Shown here one piece after another: positions 1-9,334 of a stretch of DNA of 64,000 nucleotides. Source of the DNA: Patescibacteria group bacterium (lineage in GTDB: Bacteria; Patescibacteriota; Minisyncoccia; Phycocordibacterales; BOKC01); contig JBBTWE010000001.1 in assembly GCA_038062955.1 (NCBI GenBank), forward strand, positions 453,640-517,639. Reading direction: 5' to 3'. The position numbers and the translations under genes were made by a program. Numbering within the stretch: position 1 is the stretch's first letter; each line of letters opens with the position of its first letter. The notes beneath the pieces are model-generated. The model saw nothing but the letters and a program-made list of their open reading frames with translations. It was not told the origin of the DNA and did no database searches.

Positions 1-422
1 CTTCTCCTATGTCGTTCTTCTTCAGAAAATTCCGTATCAAGCCACAAATCAACTGCTTCAACCGCTTCTTCCTCTGTAATAAAACCAGCGCCCAAAGAAA
101 GAACATTTGAGTCATTATGCTCTCTCCCCAATCTCACAATTTCCAAATTGTTTGAGTTATACACAATGGCCCGAACTCCCGGAAAACGATTACAAATCAT
201 TGCCTCTCCCTGTCCCGATTTTCCAATAACGATTCCTAGAGAATTTTCTGGATCTTCAGCGATTTTATAAGCGAGCGGGGTTAAAATTGTTGGATAGTCG
301 TCACCTTTGTCGTATTCTTCAGCCCCCATATCTTCCACATCAAAATCTTTAGAAATTAAATGTTCTTTTAATTTCTCTTTGAGTTCAAAACCGGCATGGT
401 CGGCCCCGATGTAAATTTTCAT
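1..422 (-). CDS. rpiB: Ribose-5-phosphate isomerase B (RpiB/LacAB family), C-terminus runs off the window start
   Basis: Reverse translation from ATG at 420-422 gives MKIYIGADHAGFELKEKLKEH..., the canonical RpiB N-terminus. About 140 codons lie inside the window. Confidence 0.8.
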   Translation of the reverse strand, partial: MKIYIGADHAGFELKEKLKEHLISKDFDVEDMGAEEYDKGDDYPTILTPLAYKIAEDPENSLGIVIGKSGQGEAMICNRFPGVRAIVYNSNNLEIVRLGREHNDSNVLSLGAGFITEEEAVEAVDLWLDTEFSEEERHRR

Positions 423-436
423 ATTGTTATAATTTA

Positions 437-570
437 GTTATCCGACGCATCTCTGCGTTGCTGATTTCTGCGCTTCAGAAATCATGTCGGAATATTTTTT
501 ATCACAAAGTGATATAAAATTTCCGACTCGCTCGCGCCTTGATCTGCATTCAGCTACCTAAATTCTAAAG
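437..570 (+). repeat. Dispersed intergenic repeat family, copy A (short form)
   Basis: Shares ccgacgcatctc..., gaaatcatgtcgg..., tatcacaaagtgata..., ccgactcg..., gcgccttgatctgcattc... with copies at 9335, 12230, 12752, 52618 and 55392. Confidence 0.85.
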
Positions 571-669
571 TATAGTATATCAAGCTCTTGGATTAAGAAA
601 AACCGGCCACCAAAAGTTTGCTTTTTAAACTATAGTATGTTTTACTCTGAACCAGAAAGGAGACAATAA

Positions 670-1131
670 ATGGATACGATTCTAAACCTGCTCTATCCAC
701 AAGATCAGATCTTTGTCAGCAATCCACGTTTCTCTGTAGAAACTCCGACTGTGACTGTTACTTGTTTAGTGTCTGGGATTCAGAACTACACAATCAAGCG
801 AGTGCCTTACATCACCGCCGAAAATTACGTTCGCATTCTGTCACAGGCATGCTATTTACTCGCCCACCATGTTTTGGGAACGGGACAGATAGATATCGGC
901 CTCAAGCAAGACGATTTCCTGCGAGCAATGCTTGATTTTGAGCTCTATTATCGCAACCTAGCAATGACATTTCACGAAAGGGTGGGAAGAGATGTTCCGT
1001 TTGAGATGACACTTGATCTCAAGGACGTTCGAGAAATCAAACGACTTGGAGATTTCATCATCTTCTCGTTCGCCAATCAGCGAACCGTGATAAGCGGAGA
1101 AATGAGTTTCGTTTACACAAGCCACAGGTAG
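670..1131 (+). CDS. Hypothetical protein, 153 aa
   Basis: RBS aaaggagacaataaATG. Rho-independent terminator follows at 1153-1185. No recognisable motif. Confidence 0.6.
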   Translation: MDTILNLLYPQDQIFVSNPRFSVETPTVTVTCLVSGIQNYTIKRVPYITAENYVRILSQACYLLAHHVLGTGQIDIGLKQDDFLRAMLDFELYYRNLAMTFHERVGRDVPFEMTLDLKDVREIKRLGDFIIFSFANQRTVISGEMSFVYTSHR

Positions 1132-1152
1132 TGGCGAGCAAGGCTCTCGGCA

Positions 1153-1185
1153 CACAACACCACATTAATCAGTGGTGTTTTTTAA
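1153..1185 (+). terminator. Intrinsic terminator (aacaccac/gtggtgtt stem plus T-run)
   Basis: GC stem-loop followed by TTTTTT immediately after the 670-1131 ORF. Confidence 0.7.
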
Positions 1186-1335
1186 TGATTACGCCGCTCA
1201 ATCAGCAAAACTCTTTTAGCAAACAATTTTGGATCAAGTGATTTTTGGATACTGTGTAAATAGAATTTTATCTCTTTTAAAATAGCTAAGTGTTGAGCCG
1301 TTATTAGTAAAGTTTTTGAACTTTTTTTCCTCATT

Positions 1336-2367
1336 TTATTTAATGGATTGTCCTGCTTTAATAACATGATCTACCAAAGTGTAGGTATACCCCATTTCGT
1401 TATCGTACCAAGCTAGAACTTTTACCAAGTTTCCTCCAACAACACGGGTGAAAGAAAGATCAGCAATTGAGGCGTATTTATTTCCTTTAATGTCAGATGA
1501 AACGAGCTTTTCTTCTGTCACAGTAAAAATATTCTTCCAACGTTTATCCTTGGCAGCCTTTTTTAAAATTTCATTAACTTCTTCTGCAGTGGTATCACGT
1601 TTCGAAATAAAAGTGATATCGGCAATTGAGCCAACGACTACCGGCACTCTCATCGAAATTCCATCAAATTTACCGACGAGTTCTGGAAAAGCTTTCGTTA
1701 CAGCGATTGCAGCCCCTGTCGAAGATGGCACGATATTTTGAGCGGCAGCTCTTCCCTCTCGCCAATCTTTTTTGCTTGGTCCATCGACAATTGTCTGACT
1801 AGCAGTATAGGCATGTACAGTATTTAGCATCGCTTTTTCGATTCCCAAAGTTTCGTGCAAAATTGCAATAAGAGGACTTGCGGCATTTGTTGTGCAAGAG
1901 GCATTCGAAGTGACTTCGCAGGTCTTCATTTTCTCTTCGTTCACACCCATCAAAACAGTTTCTCCGGGGGCAGAAACTCCACCTTCAACATCCTTGGCTG
2001 GTGCCGAGATAACAACTCTTTTTGCTCCTGCATCTATATGCACTCGAGCCGTTTCAAATGAAGTAAAGAGTCCGGTTGATTCAACCACAACGTCCACCCC
2101 AATATCTTTCCAAGGAAGTTTAGCTGGCTCTTTTTCGCTTATATATTTAACTTCTCGGCCATCAATAATTAAATTTTTCTTATCTTCCGAAACAGAAATA
2201 TCAAAATCACTCACTCCATACGCAGTATCGTATTTTAAAAGATAGGCGATATTTTCTATATTACCCAAATCATTCACAGCAACAATTTCAATTTCTTTCC
2301 TCTTTAAAGCAATTTTTAAAAATGCCCGTCCAATGCGTCCTGCTCCATTTATTGCTACTCGAATCAT
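1336..2367 (-). CDS. gap: Glyceraldehyde-3-phosphate dehydrogenase, type I
   Basis: N-terminal INGAGRIGR Rossmann motif and active-site SCTTNA. The alternative upstream ATG at 2382 adds MHFTI. Confidence 0.9.
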   Translation of the reverse strand: MIRVAINGAGRIGRAFLKIALKRKEIEIVAVNDLGNIENIAYLLKYDTAYGVSDFDISVSEDKKNLIIDGREVKYISEKEPAKLPWKDIGVDVVVESTGLFTSFETARVHIDAGAKRVVISAPAKDVEGGVSAPGETVLMGVNEEKMKTCEVTSNASCTTNAASPLIAILHETLGIEKAMLNTVHAYTASQTIVDGPSKKDWREGRAAAQNIVPSSTGAAIAVTKAFPELVGKFDGISMRVPVVVGSIADITFISKRDTTAEEVNEILKKAAKDKRWKNIFTVTEEKLVSSDIKGNKYASIADLSFTRVVGGNLVKVLAWYDNEMGYTYTLVDHVIKAGQSIK

Positions 2368-2461
2368 GATAGTAAAATGCAAATATACGAATTTATGCGA
2401 ATAATACGAATATTATAACAGAAAACTGCCCATAAGGCAGTGTTCTAATTTTATTTTACCT

Positions 2462-2572
2462 CGATCCGTAAAACTTTCACTTTTTGGATGCAGACCGAGG
2501 CGCAAGCGAGAACCGTACCGAGCCGTATGTACTTATACGGTGAGGGAGGCTCGGAGCGAAGTAACAAAGGTA
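2462..2572 (-). repeat. Dispersed intergenic repeat family, copy E (hairpin-module form)
   Basis: The reverse complement carries cttcgctccgagcctccctcaccgtat...atacggctcggtacggttc...cttgcgcct..ctgcat, matching copies F, G and B. Confidence 0.8.
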
Positions 2573-2591
2573 TGCACCAAAAATGGAAGTT

Positions 2592-4952
2592 TTACTTGGC
2601 ACTTATTGTCTGTTCTGCAGGTATATCAATCTCACAAACCCCTCCCACACAGGCAAGTTCTTTTGCTCCAATTGTCTGATCTTGTTTCTCATAAAGCACC
2701 AACTTTGAGAAATCTATGTGTCCCAACATTTTCATGCGACGCTCATATTCTTCTTTATTGATTTCTTCGTAAGGTGCAAGCTGATAGACGTGATTGTTTC
2801 GTGGCAAGAATGATAGACCTCCGACCATCTCCCAGTTTTTATAAACAAAATTAGCGACAGCAATCCATTCGTTATCACCCACATAAATAGTCGCTGATGG
2901 GTTGTGTTCAGTGAAATTATTTTTGAGTCGTTTCCATTCCTCAAGCATTTCAATTGCTGTCACATCCTTGTTTACCATTGCACCTTCAGGCGCTTTACAT
3001 GGAAATTCAAGAACCATCGTTGAAGCATTCGAGGTTGAATATCCAACTTCCGGATTAAATGGCACGCCTTGATCTTGAGCGAGTTTGAGTAATGGATCAT
3101 TTACTGAAATTCGAACCCTACGAATGTAGTAACGAGAGTACCAAGTGTGCATTCCTGAACCAACTCCTAAAAGTTGTCCTGAATTGCCGTGTGGCTTTAC
3201 ACAAGTGATAGCTGTGGATTCATTAACACCAAAACGTTTGGCGTACTTTTTATTTGTCTTAATTGCTTCATCACGAAGAGTTTGGAGATTCTTATCATCG
3301 CGAATTATTTTATTGTCATAGTAGCCGGTAATAGAAACTCCGAGAAGTTGTTCTTTCTCACAATTCTCTTTCCATTCTTTCGAGAGATATTCAAAATTTG
3401 TAAGAGTTGCTTGATATGTACCAAGAATAGTCGCTAGGCGAATTTTTCTCTTTAAACTTTCCATCGTGTCAATTGGACGCACCACAATAGAAGTAAGGTT
3501 GCAGAATTGTTTTGATTGCAGATAAATTTCTCCGCAAGGATTCATTCCCGGCTGTTTGGCAGTCTTGAGATTCTCCCATCTTCTTTTTGGAACTTGGAAT
3601 TTGAGTCCTTCTCGATTGAAAATGCCTCGCTCACCAGAATGAGAAGTTACAAGGGCGGTCCATTCTTCGAGAAATTCTTCTGCTGAAGGTTTGGCTTCGT
3701 AAACTGCTGAATTATTGGCCATTGATCGCTGGCCATCTGTCTGCCAAAAAGCGCCCTTTTTAGAGTCACGCATCTCACGGTCATCAAGAGCCGAAAGAGA
3801 GATAAGGGCACTGCGGCGAACTCCTCCAGCAACCACAATAAGACCTATCTGGCAGATAATATCGTGCAAATCGAGTGTGGTGAGCCTTCTACCTTGTCGA
3901 GCAAGGATTTTTCGGCGAGTAAATTGCATGAGCTCCATAAGAGGAGCAGGTCCTGAAGCGCGACCTCCCATAGTTACAAGCTTTGCGCCAGCAGGACGAA
4001 TAAGAGAATAATCAAATTCCACATCCATTCCTTTTTCCCAGACTTCACAAGCGGCAACAAAAGCTTTACACCAGCCGATCTTGCTGTCTTCTACTACAAT
4101 TTTTGGAGCTTTCTCTCCTGTTTGTTTTTGAATTTGAGGAAACTTGCCAACGTTTTCAGGTTCGACAGAAAATCCACAGCCGGCACCGCACATCGAGACA
4201 TACATTATTTCAGAAAGATCCTGCCATTTTGTTGGAGCAATGTATGCGCAGTTATAAGCAGTCACGTTTGTCTGACGACAAGCTTTGCCAGAAGACCAGA
4301 GAAGTCGCATTGAAGGACAAACTTCTTGCTTTAATATTCCCTCTCGTACTTCCGAATATTCTGCCGGGGTGAGTTTGGAACCCATGTTTTCTTTCATGTA
4401 GTCCATGAAGCGATCAATTGCTTCTACCCATGTTTCTCTGCGTCCCAATTCTACTCGCCATCTTGCATAAAATTGATAGAAAATAAATTCTTGGTATGGA
4501 GTTTTAAAATATTTACTGCTTTCGGCAATTTTTTGTTTCACTTCGAGAGGCACCATTTCACTTTGTTCCCTGACTCTTGTTCTCTCTTGTCTATAAAGAA
4601 TGTAATTTTTGGCAGTATTAATATATTCAGAAACCATGAGCTCCTTCTCTACCGAATCCTGAAGACCTTCAACGGTTGGAACAAAATTCTTATATTTTTT
4701 AGAAATTCTGACGAGATCGGCAAGAACTTTATTGGCAACAAGAGCTGCTTCTTCTTCTGAACCTTCGTGAGAAGCGATCATTGCCTTATTTATTGCATTT
4801 ATGATCTTCCCCATATCGAATGCGACAATTTCTCCGTTTCTTTTCTGAATGCTTTTTATGAGTCCTGTTTTAGGCTTTGATGGAGCAGAGACAGAAGACA
4901 CACTCGAGACTTTTTTTGCAACCTTTTTTGTTTTCTTTGCCGTTTTTGCCAT
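2592..4952 (-). CDS. nrdJ: Ribonucleotide reductase large subunit with N-terminal ATP-cone, likely class II (adenosylcobalamin-dependent)
   Basis: ATP-cone motif (KRNGEIVAFDMGKI) and the RNR active-site motif NPCGEI. No nrdB-like small subunit in the window. C-terminal Cys pair. Assignment to class II rather than class I is inferred. Confidence 0.75.
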   Translation of the reverse strand: MAKTAKKTKKVAKKVSSVSSVSAPSKPKTGLIKSIQKRNGEIVAFDMGKIINAINKAMIASHEGSEEEAALVANKVLADLVRISKKYKNFVPTVEGLQDSVEKELMVSEYINTAKNYILYRQERTRVREQSEMVPLEVKQKIAESSKYFKTPYQEFIFYQFYARWRVELGRRETWVEAIDRFMDYMKENMGSKLTPAEYSEVREGILKQEVCPSMRLLWSSGKACRQTNVTAYNCAYIAPTKWQDLSEIMYVSMCGAGCGFSVEPENVGKFPQIQKQTGEKAPKIVVEDSKIGWCKAFVAACEVWEKGMDVEFDYSLIRPAGAKLVTMGGRASGPAPLMELMQFTRRKILARQGRRLTTLDLHDIICQIGLIVVAGGVRRSALISLSALDDREMRDSKKGAFWQTDGQRSMANNSAVYEAKPSAEEFLEEWTALVTSHSGERGIFNREGLKFQVPKRRWENLKTAKQPGMNPCGEIYLQSKQFCNLTSIVVRPIDTMESLKRKIRLATILGTYQATLTNFEYLSKEWKENCEKEQLLGVSITGYYDNKIIRDDKNLQTLRDEAIKTNKKYAKRFGVNESTAITCVKPHGNSGQLLGVGSGMHTWYSRYYIRRVRISVNDPLLKLAQDQGVPFNPEVGYSTSNASTMVLEFPCKAPEGAMVNKDVTAIEMLEEWKRLKNNFTEHNPSATIYVGDNEWIAVANFVYKNWEMVGGLSFLPRNNHVYQLAPYEEINKEEYERRMKMLGHIDFSKLVLYEKQDQTIGAKELACVGGVCEIDIPAEQTISAK

Positions 4953-5231
4953 ATAGATTTTTTAAAAAATTATAAACTGGTCTTTAAATTAAAATACTTA
5001 GATTAAATTTTCTTGGTACTATATTTTACCTTAAAACTCTCTCGAAAAAAACAAGAAATCAATCAATTTTTACAATTGGATACAAAATAAAAACGATGTA
5101 AAGCTAAATAGAAAAAAAACCTAAAACACTCTTAAAAAGAGCGATGGATTTTGGTCAGTCTTTGTCTAAAAATTTTTTTGAGAAAAATTAGAAATTTATT
5201 TTTAGGGAATTTTAGGTGTTATGTGGACAAC

Positions 5232-5696
5232 TCACCTCTGAATTTGCGCGTAAGAACCAATTTCTATTTTATTTTCATCTGAAAAACCAGCATTAACTTC
5301 TAAAACATATTTTGAAAGCACGTTTGGTTTGAAAGAATTTGGAAAAGTTTCTGGCTTAACGAATTTTTCAATGTGAACCACCGAAAAATTTTTATCTAAC
5401 CAAATAATATCGAGAGAAAATTTCATATCCTTCATCCAAAAGCTGTAGTAATCTAGATTTTCAAAAACAAAAAGCATTCCCCTATCTTTTTCCAAGCTTT
5501 CTCTAAAAGATAAGCCTCGCGCCAAATCTTCCGGACTTTTTACAACCTCGGCTTTTACTTTCACTCCCTCCAAATCCAATATTACTTGGTCACCAAAAAA
5601 TTCTGTTAGATTTTCTCCAGTTTTATAAAAATAATGCCTGGCAGCAATAAAAATTAACAATAAACAAACAACAATGATAATGATTTTTTTATTCAT
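5232..5696 (-). CDS. DUF192-family protein with N-terminal membrane anchor
   Basis: GMLFVF...FWMKDM...LDIIWLD...VLEVNAGF matches the DUF192 (COG1430) pattern. Start placed at MNKKIIIIVV. Confidence 0.65.
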   Translation of the reverse strand: MNKKIIIIVVCLLLIFIAARHYFYKTGENLTEFFGDQVILDLEGVKVKAEVVKSPEDLARGLSFRESLEKDRGMLFVFENLDYYSFWMKDMKFSLDIIWLDKNFSVVHIEKFVKPETFPNSFKPNVLSKYVLEVNAGFSDENKIEIGSYAQIQR

Positions 5697-5700
5697 TTTT

Positions 5701-6090
5701 TCATCTTTCCCATTCTTTTGTATGAGGTGAGAAATCAAGTTGGTAGTCTGGTATACCAAGTGACAAGCCAAATTTCAGAACTTCGTCATATGAATCTTTT
5801 TTGCTTCTATCAACCTTAAAAAATTTATCACGGAAAATAATATAATGAAATGAGTCATTTTTGAAATCTGCATACCAAAAATGTTTACTGTCTAATGATT
5901 TGCTAATTTTCTTAGCAGTTTTTTCCATTTGTTTCTCTGGAATTTCAACGGTGTGTAAAGTCCATTTATTTATCCACGGAGTTTTATGGTCTTCCGTAAC
6001 CTCCTCAACTTTTGTACTCAAAATTTTTACATCATTAAGAACATCTTTTTTTTCCAAACTTTCTTCAATTATTACCCCAGAATAATTCAT
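5701..6090 (-). CDS. Hypothetical protein, 129 aa
   Basis: ORF compactly arranged with the downstream DUF192 gene. No motif recognised. Confidence 0.45.
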   Translation of the reverse strand: MNYSGVIIEESLEKKDVLNDVKILSTKVEEVTEDHKTPWINKWTLHTVEIPEKQMEKTAKKISKSLDSKHFWYADFKNDSFHYIIFRDKFFKVDRSKKDSYDEVLKFGLSLGIPDYQLDFSPHTKEWER

Positions 6091-6129
6091 ATTTACTATT
6101 ATACTTGACCTAAAATAATAAGTCAGTTA

Positions 6130-6545
6130 ACATGGTCGCCAGCACAGTTCTTCTGCAAATAAAGCAAAATCAAGCGATTCCCTCTAAAAGGGGGAACAGG
6201 ACAAACCGTTCATGAAGCCGAAAGGTAGCGTGTCAACGGGGTTGGAGGACATCCTCTGTGCCAACTCGCAAGAGTCGAAAGGCATAAACGGGTATCAAAA
6301 CAGAGAGTCTCAAAAGGTGAGGCAATCTGGTGTGGAATCCTAGATGACAAGCCAAAAAATCGGACGGGAGACGAGTGGTCCCCTCCCCGATCACAAAATG
6401 GCTCTTCCTGAAAGAGTAGAGGGAAACTTCTTCTCTAAAAACCGCGAGTGAGAAACAAAGGCAAGTGCCGAACAGTCTCCTCGTAATCCTAAATGGAGAA
6501 AGCTGTGCTCCGAACCGGTCGACAAGGTGCAAACCTTGCCGGCCG
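6130..6545 (+). ncRNA. GC-rich structured ncRNA candidate of about 410 nt, possibly RNase P RNA (rnpB)
   Basis: About 50% GC in a roughly 30% GC background. No credible ORF or RBS. Ends in a hairpin plus TTTTTTT at 6520-6548. The segment ggacaaaccgttcatgaag resembles the P4 5' region (GGAAAGUCCGGGCUCCAUAG), aacagagag resembles CR-III, and ccgaaccggtcga resembles the P4 3' strand (ACAGAAnCCGGCUUA). Lies next to tRNA-Ser. Confidence 0.45.
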
Positions 6546-6561
6546 TTTTTTTATGCAAAAA

Positions 6562-6813
6562 TTATGGATTTGGTTGTGGGTTACCAAAATGATTTTTTAT
6601 GAATGCCCGTCCTGATCCAGATTTCAGATATTTCTCAAATTCAAAAGCTTTATATTTATCTTCTGTAACAAAATAAAATTCTAATGTAACTGGCAAACGA
6701 TTTGAGGTTGCCGGCACTTGTCTGTTTTTATGCCTATCTAATCTATCTTGAATATCGTCGGTACAGCCAACATAATATCCATCTTTACATTTTAGGCTAT
6801 ATACATAATACAT
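6562..6813 (-). CDS. GIY-YIG nuclease family protein (UPF0213-like)
   Basis: N-terminal YYVYSLKCKDGYYVGCTDDIQDRLDRH is the GIY-YIG signature. Confidence 0.75.
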   Translation of the reverse strand: MYYVYSLKCKDGYYVGCTDDIQDRLDRHKNRQVPATSNRLPVTLEFYFVTEDKYKAFEFEKYLKSGSGRAFIKNHFGNPQPNP

Positions 6814-6839
6814 TTATATAAATCTTCTGGCGGATTTTA

Positions 6840-6962
6840 TCACGCCGGAGCCCGACTAAGTTTAGCGAAGCCCGACTTCGCTAAAGCTATGTCGTGGCGA
6901 AGGTCGCCTTCGCAAATCTTCTTGCGGACTTTGTCACGCCGAAGGTTTGCTACTGCGAACCG
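6840..6962. repeat. GC-rich spacer with two imperfect direct repeats and nested hairpins
   Basis: ggattttatcacgccggag... and ggactttgtcacgccgaag... units. Hairpins agcgaagcccgacttcgct and ggcgaaggtcgccttcgc. Confidence 0.5.
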
Positions 6963-6964
6963 AA

Positions 6965-7053
6965 GGCGGAGGGGGGGAGATTCGAACTCCCGATACCCTT
7001 TCGGATATACAACCTTTCCAGGGTTGCGCACTAGACCGCTATGCGACCCCTCC
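6965..7053 (-). tRNA. tRNA-Ser, anticodon GGA, long variable arm
   Basis: Reverse complement folds as acceptor ggagggg/cccctcc, 3-bp D stem, anticodon stem caacc/ggttg with loop ctGGAaa, variable-arm hairpin atatccgaaagggtat, and T arm gggag-ttcgaat-ctccc. Discriminator G plus CC are encoded. Confidence 0.85.
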
Positions 7054-7062
7054 AAAATAAAA

Positions 7063-7662
7063 CTAAATAGAAGAATAAACTATAAGACTGATCAAAGCAA
7101 AAAATATTGCCGCGTAAAGCATGATTTGGGCTACGAGCAAAAACCAAGCGATTGGCCAGACAGCGTAAAGAAGAATGAGGCCAACGCCAAAACATTGAAG
7201 AATCATTTTTAACTTGCCCGGTAAAAGTGCTCCTATCGGCTTCTCCCCTTTCTTTAAGTGCCAGAACGCATTCAAAATTAAAATAATTTCAATCCCGATA
7301 ATGGTTGAGATGAGATAAATATTTAAATAAATAGAAACAATCAAAGCACCGACACTTCCTATTAAAAGTTTATCAGCAAATGGATCATGAATTTTACCCC
7401 AGTCAGTGATTTGATCGCGGGTCCTTGCAAGCGCCCCATCAACCGCATCAGAAAAAGCGGAAATAACAAAGAGAATTATTCCTAAAATATTAAATTTATA
7501 GACCAGGAGAAATAAAATGACAGGAATAGATATATACCTAAAAGTTGTAATTTGATTTGGTGTGATTTTCTTTGGTATTAAACGCAAAAATGTCCTAGCT
7601 AAAAAACGATCAATGATGTTCGGTTCGCCAGCTGGAACTGTGTAGGATTTTAATTTTCTCAT
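7063..7662 (-). CDS. pgsA: CDP-alcohol phosphatidyltransferase (PgsA-like)
   Basis: DAVDGALAR...DWGKIHDPFADKLL matches the CDP-OH phosphatidyltransferase motif. Multi-TM. Confidence 0.75.
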   Translation of the reverse strand: MRKLKSYTVPAGEPNIIDRFLARTFLRLIPKKITPNQITTFRYISIPVILFLLVYKFNILGIILFVISAFSDAVDGALARTRDQITDWGKIHDPFADKLLIGSVGALIVSIYLNIYLISTIIGIEIILILNAFWHLKKGEKPIGALLPGKLKMILQCFGVGLILLYAVWPIAWFLLVAQIMLYAAIFFALISLIVYSSI

Positions 7663-7673
7663 TATTTTTTGTA

Positions 7674-8588
7674 TTACTTAGAACCCAAGAGAGCATTCAC
7701 GCGATCGGCAACTGGTGGATGACTGGAAAATAATTTATTCATAAAACCAATCGAACGGCCTGACCCTAAACGCTGTGCGTCGGGCATGCCAAACGGATTT
7801 GAAATAAAAAGATGAGAGGTGGCATGGCTTGGATGTTTCATCGGCATAGCATACCCACTTATTTTTTGAAGCGCAGAGGCAAGTCCTTCAGGGTATCTTG
7901 TGAGCATGGCGCCCGACGCATCAGCCAAGAATTCTCTTTTTCTTGATACTGCAAGTTGAATAAGCTTTGCGGCAATCGGAGCCAGAATAATTCCGACAAT
8001 AGCGAGAATCATCAACACCCCTCCGCCCTTATTATCACGATCTCCTCCCTTAAAGTGAGTCATTCTGAAAGAGATATCCGCAAGAACCGCAATGAAGCCG
8101 GCCAAAGTGACCGCAATAGTTGCCACCAAAATATCTCGATTGCCGACATGCGAGAGTTCATGAGCAATCACTCCTTCAAGTTCTGTCTTACTTAATATTT
8201 GAAGAAGACCTGAAGTTACCGCGACAGCCGAGTGTGCAGGAGAGCGACCTGTCGCAAAAGCGTTCGGCGCCGGATCATTAATCACATACAATTTTGGCAT
8301 GGGTAGCCCCGCAGTGATTGATAGATTTTCGACAATATTCCAAAGTTCCCTGTTATCTTGAGGTGAAACCGGAATCGCTCTGCTCATCTTAATTACGATC
8401 TTATCCGAAAACCAGTAGCTAAAAAAATTCATTGTGATAGCAAAAATCACCGCAATATAAAGAATTTCTGGAGCCTGCGTGTACCAACTGATTGCATATC
8501 CAATAACAATCACCAAAATCAAAAATACAAACATAAGTAGCCATGTTTTTCGAATATTTGAAGATTGATGAGTGTAAAGGTTAGACAT
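7674..8588 (-). CDS. htpX: Membrane zinc metalloprotease HtpX (M48)
   Basis: HELSHVGNRD (HExxH), N-terminal TM helices, M48 architecture. Confidence 0.85.
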   Translation of the reverse strand: MSNLYTHQSSNIRKTWLLMFVFLILVIVIGYAISWYTQAPEILYIAVIFAITMNFFSYWFSDKIVIKMSRAIPVSPQDNRELWNIVENLSITAGLPMPKLYVINDPAPNAFATGRSPAHSAVAVTSGLLQILSKTELEGVIAHELSHVGNRDILVATIAVTLAGFIAVLADISFRMTHFKGGDRDNKGGGVLMILAIVGIILAPIAAKLIQLAVSRKREFLADASGAMLTRYPEGLASALQKISGYAMPMKHPSHATSHLFISNPFGMPDAQRLGSGRSIGFMNKLFSSHPPVADRVNALLGSK

Positions 8589-8619
8589 AAGTTAGACAAA
8601 AGATTAAAGACAAAAGAAA

Positions 8620-8746
8620 CGTAAATTCTTTTACTTTTTGAATGCAGTACTAGGCGACAAGGAGCAAAAAGGCGAAATGTATAACTAATACTTTGAGCTT
8701 TTTTGCGACGCAGTCAACAACGTAATGCGTCAAAAATAAAAGAATT
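8620..8746 (-). repeat. Dispersed intergenic repeat family, copy I (reverse orientation)
   Basis: Near-identical to 49870-49993 (tttgcgacgcagtcaacaacgtaatgcgtcaaaaataaaagaatttta). Its reverse complement aligns with copy G (tttgacgcat...gcgcc..ctgcattc..aaaag). Confidence 0.8.
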
Positions 8747-9316
8747 TTAGAACTTAACTTCTACAGGCTGTCTTGCCGCTTCTTCATTTGCTCCCAATTC
8801 AAAGAAATCTTTTTTGGCAAATCTAAACAACGAGGCAATGATGTTTGAAGGAAAAGATTCAATGGTGATGTTTAGATCTCTAACGTTGGTGTTATAAAAT
8901 CTTCTCGCGGCTTGGATTTTATTTTCAGTGTCAGATAATTCGCGTTGCAGTTCTAGGAAATTTTGGTTGGCTTTAAGATCAGGGTAATTTTCCGAGACCG
9001 CAAAAAGAGATTTGAGTGCACCAGAGAGCATATTTTCTGCCGCTGCAACTCCTGCTACATCTCCACTAACTTCCGAATTCATAGCTCGAGTTCTGGCTTC
9101 GGTAACAGCTTCGAAAACTCCTTTTTCATGTCCCGCATAGCCTTTCACCGTATTTATTAAATTTGGGATGAGATCATATCGTCTTTTTAATTGAACATCG
9201 ATATCCGCCCAAGCTTCCATTGCTCGATTAACCATTCTAATAAAACGATTGTAAGCAAAAATAACCCACAAGACTATGGCAACTAAGATGGCTATCAAAA
9301 TAGAATTTAGATTCAT
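8747..9316 (-). CDS. lemA: LemA family protein
   Basis: N-terminal TM followed by YNRFIRMVNRAMEAWADIDVQLKRRYDLIPNL, typical of LemA. Confidence 0.8.
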   Translation of the reverse strand: MNLNSILIAILVAIVLWVIFAYNRFIRMVNRAMEAWADIDVQLKRRYDLIPNLINTVKGYAGHEKGVFEAVTEARTRAMNSEVSGDVAGVAAAENMLSGALKSLFAVSENYPDLKANQNFLELQRELSDTENKIQAARRFYNTNVRDLNITIESFPSNIIASLFRFAKKDFFELGANEEAARQPVEVKF

Positions 9317-9334
9317 AATTGTTAGTACTTACAT

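Noticed and set aside
1448-2245. Three plus-strand ORFs (97, 68, 117 aa)
   Set aside because: Antisense to the gap gene. No RBS or motifs.
2462-2572. Group II intron domain V resemblance in the ccgagcc...ggctcggtacggttc hairpin module
   Set aside because: The similarity to GAGCCGUAU...GUACGGUUC is only superficial. There are no other intron domains and no intron-encoded protein, and the module recurs in about 120-bp intergenic repeats.
3189-4760. Several plus-strand ORFs of 63-98 aa
   Set aside because: Antisense inside the ribonucleotide reductase gene.
6233-6532. 99-aa minus-strand ORF
   Set aside because: Sits inside the GC-rich structured RNA candidate and runs antisense to its terminator. 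Arg/Leu-rich composition typical of GC-rich non-coding frames, and no RBS.
6130-6545. tmRNA or SRP RNA identity for the structured RNA
   Set aside because: No tRNA-like acceptor/T-arm ends, no tag reading frame ending in ...LAA-stop, and no SRP domain IV GGAAGCAGC-type motif. RNase P-like motifs fit better, though imperfectly.
6889-7212. 107-aa plus-strand ORF
   Set aside because: Overlaps tRNA-Ser and the hairpin spacer and runs antisense into the pgsA-like gene. Arg-rich artefact.
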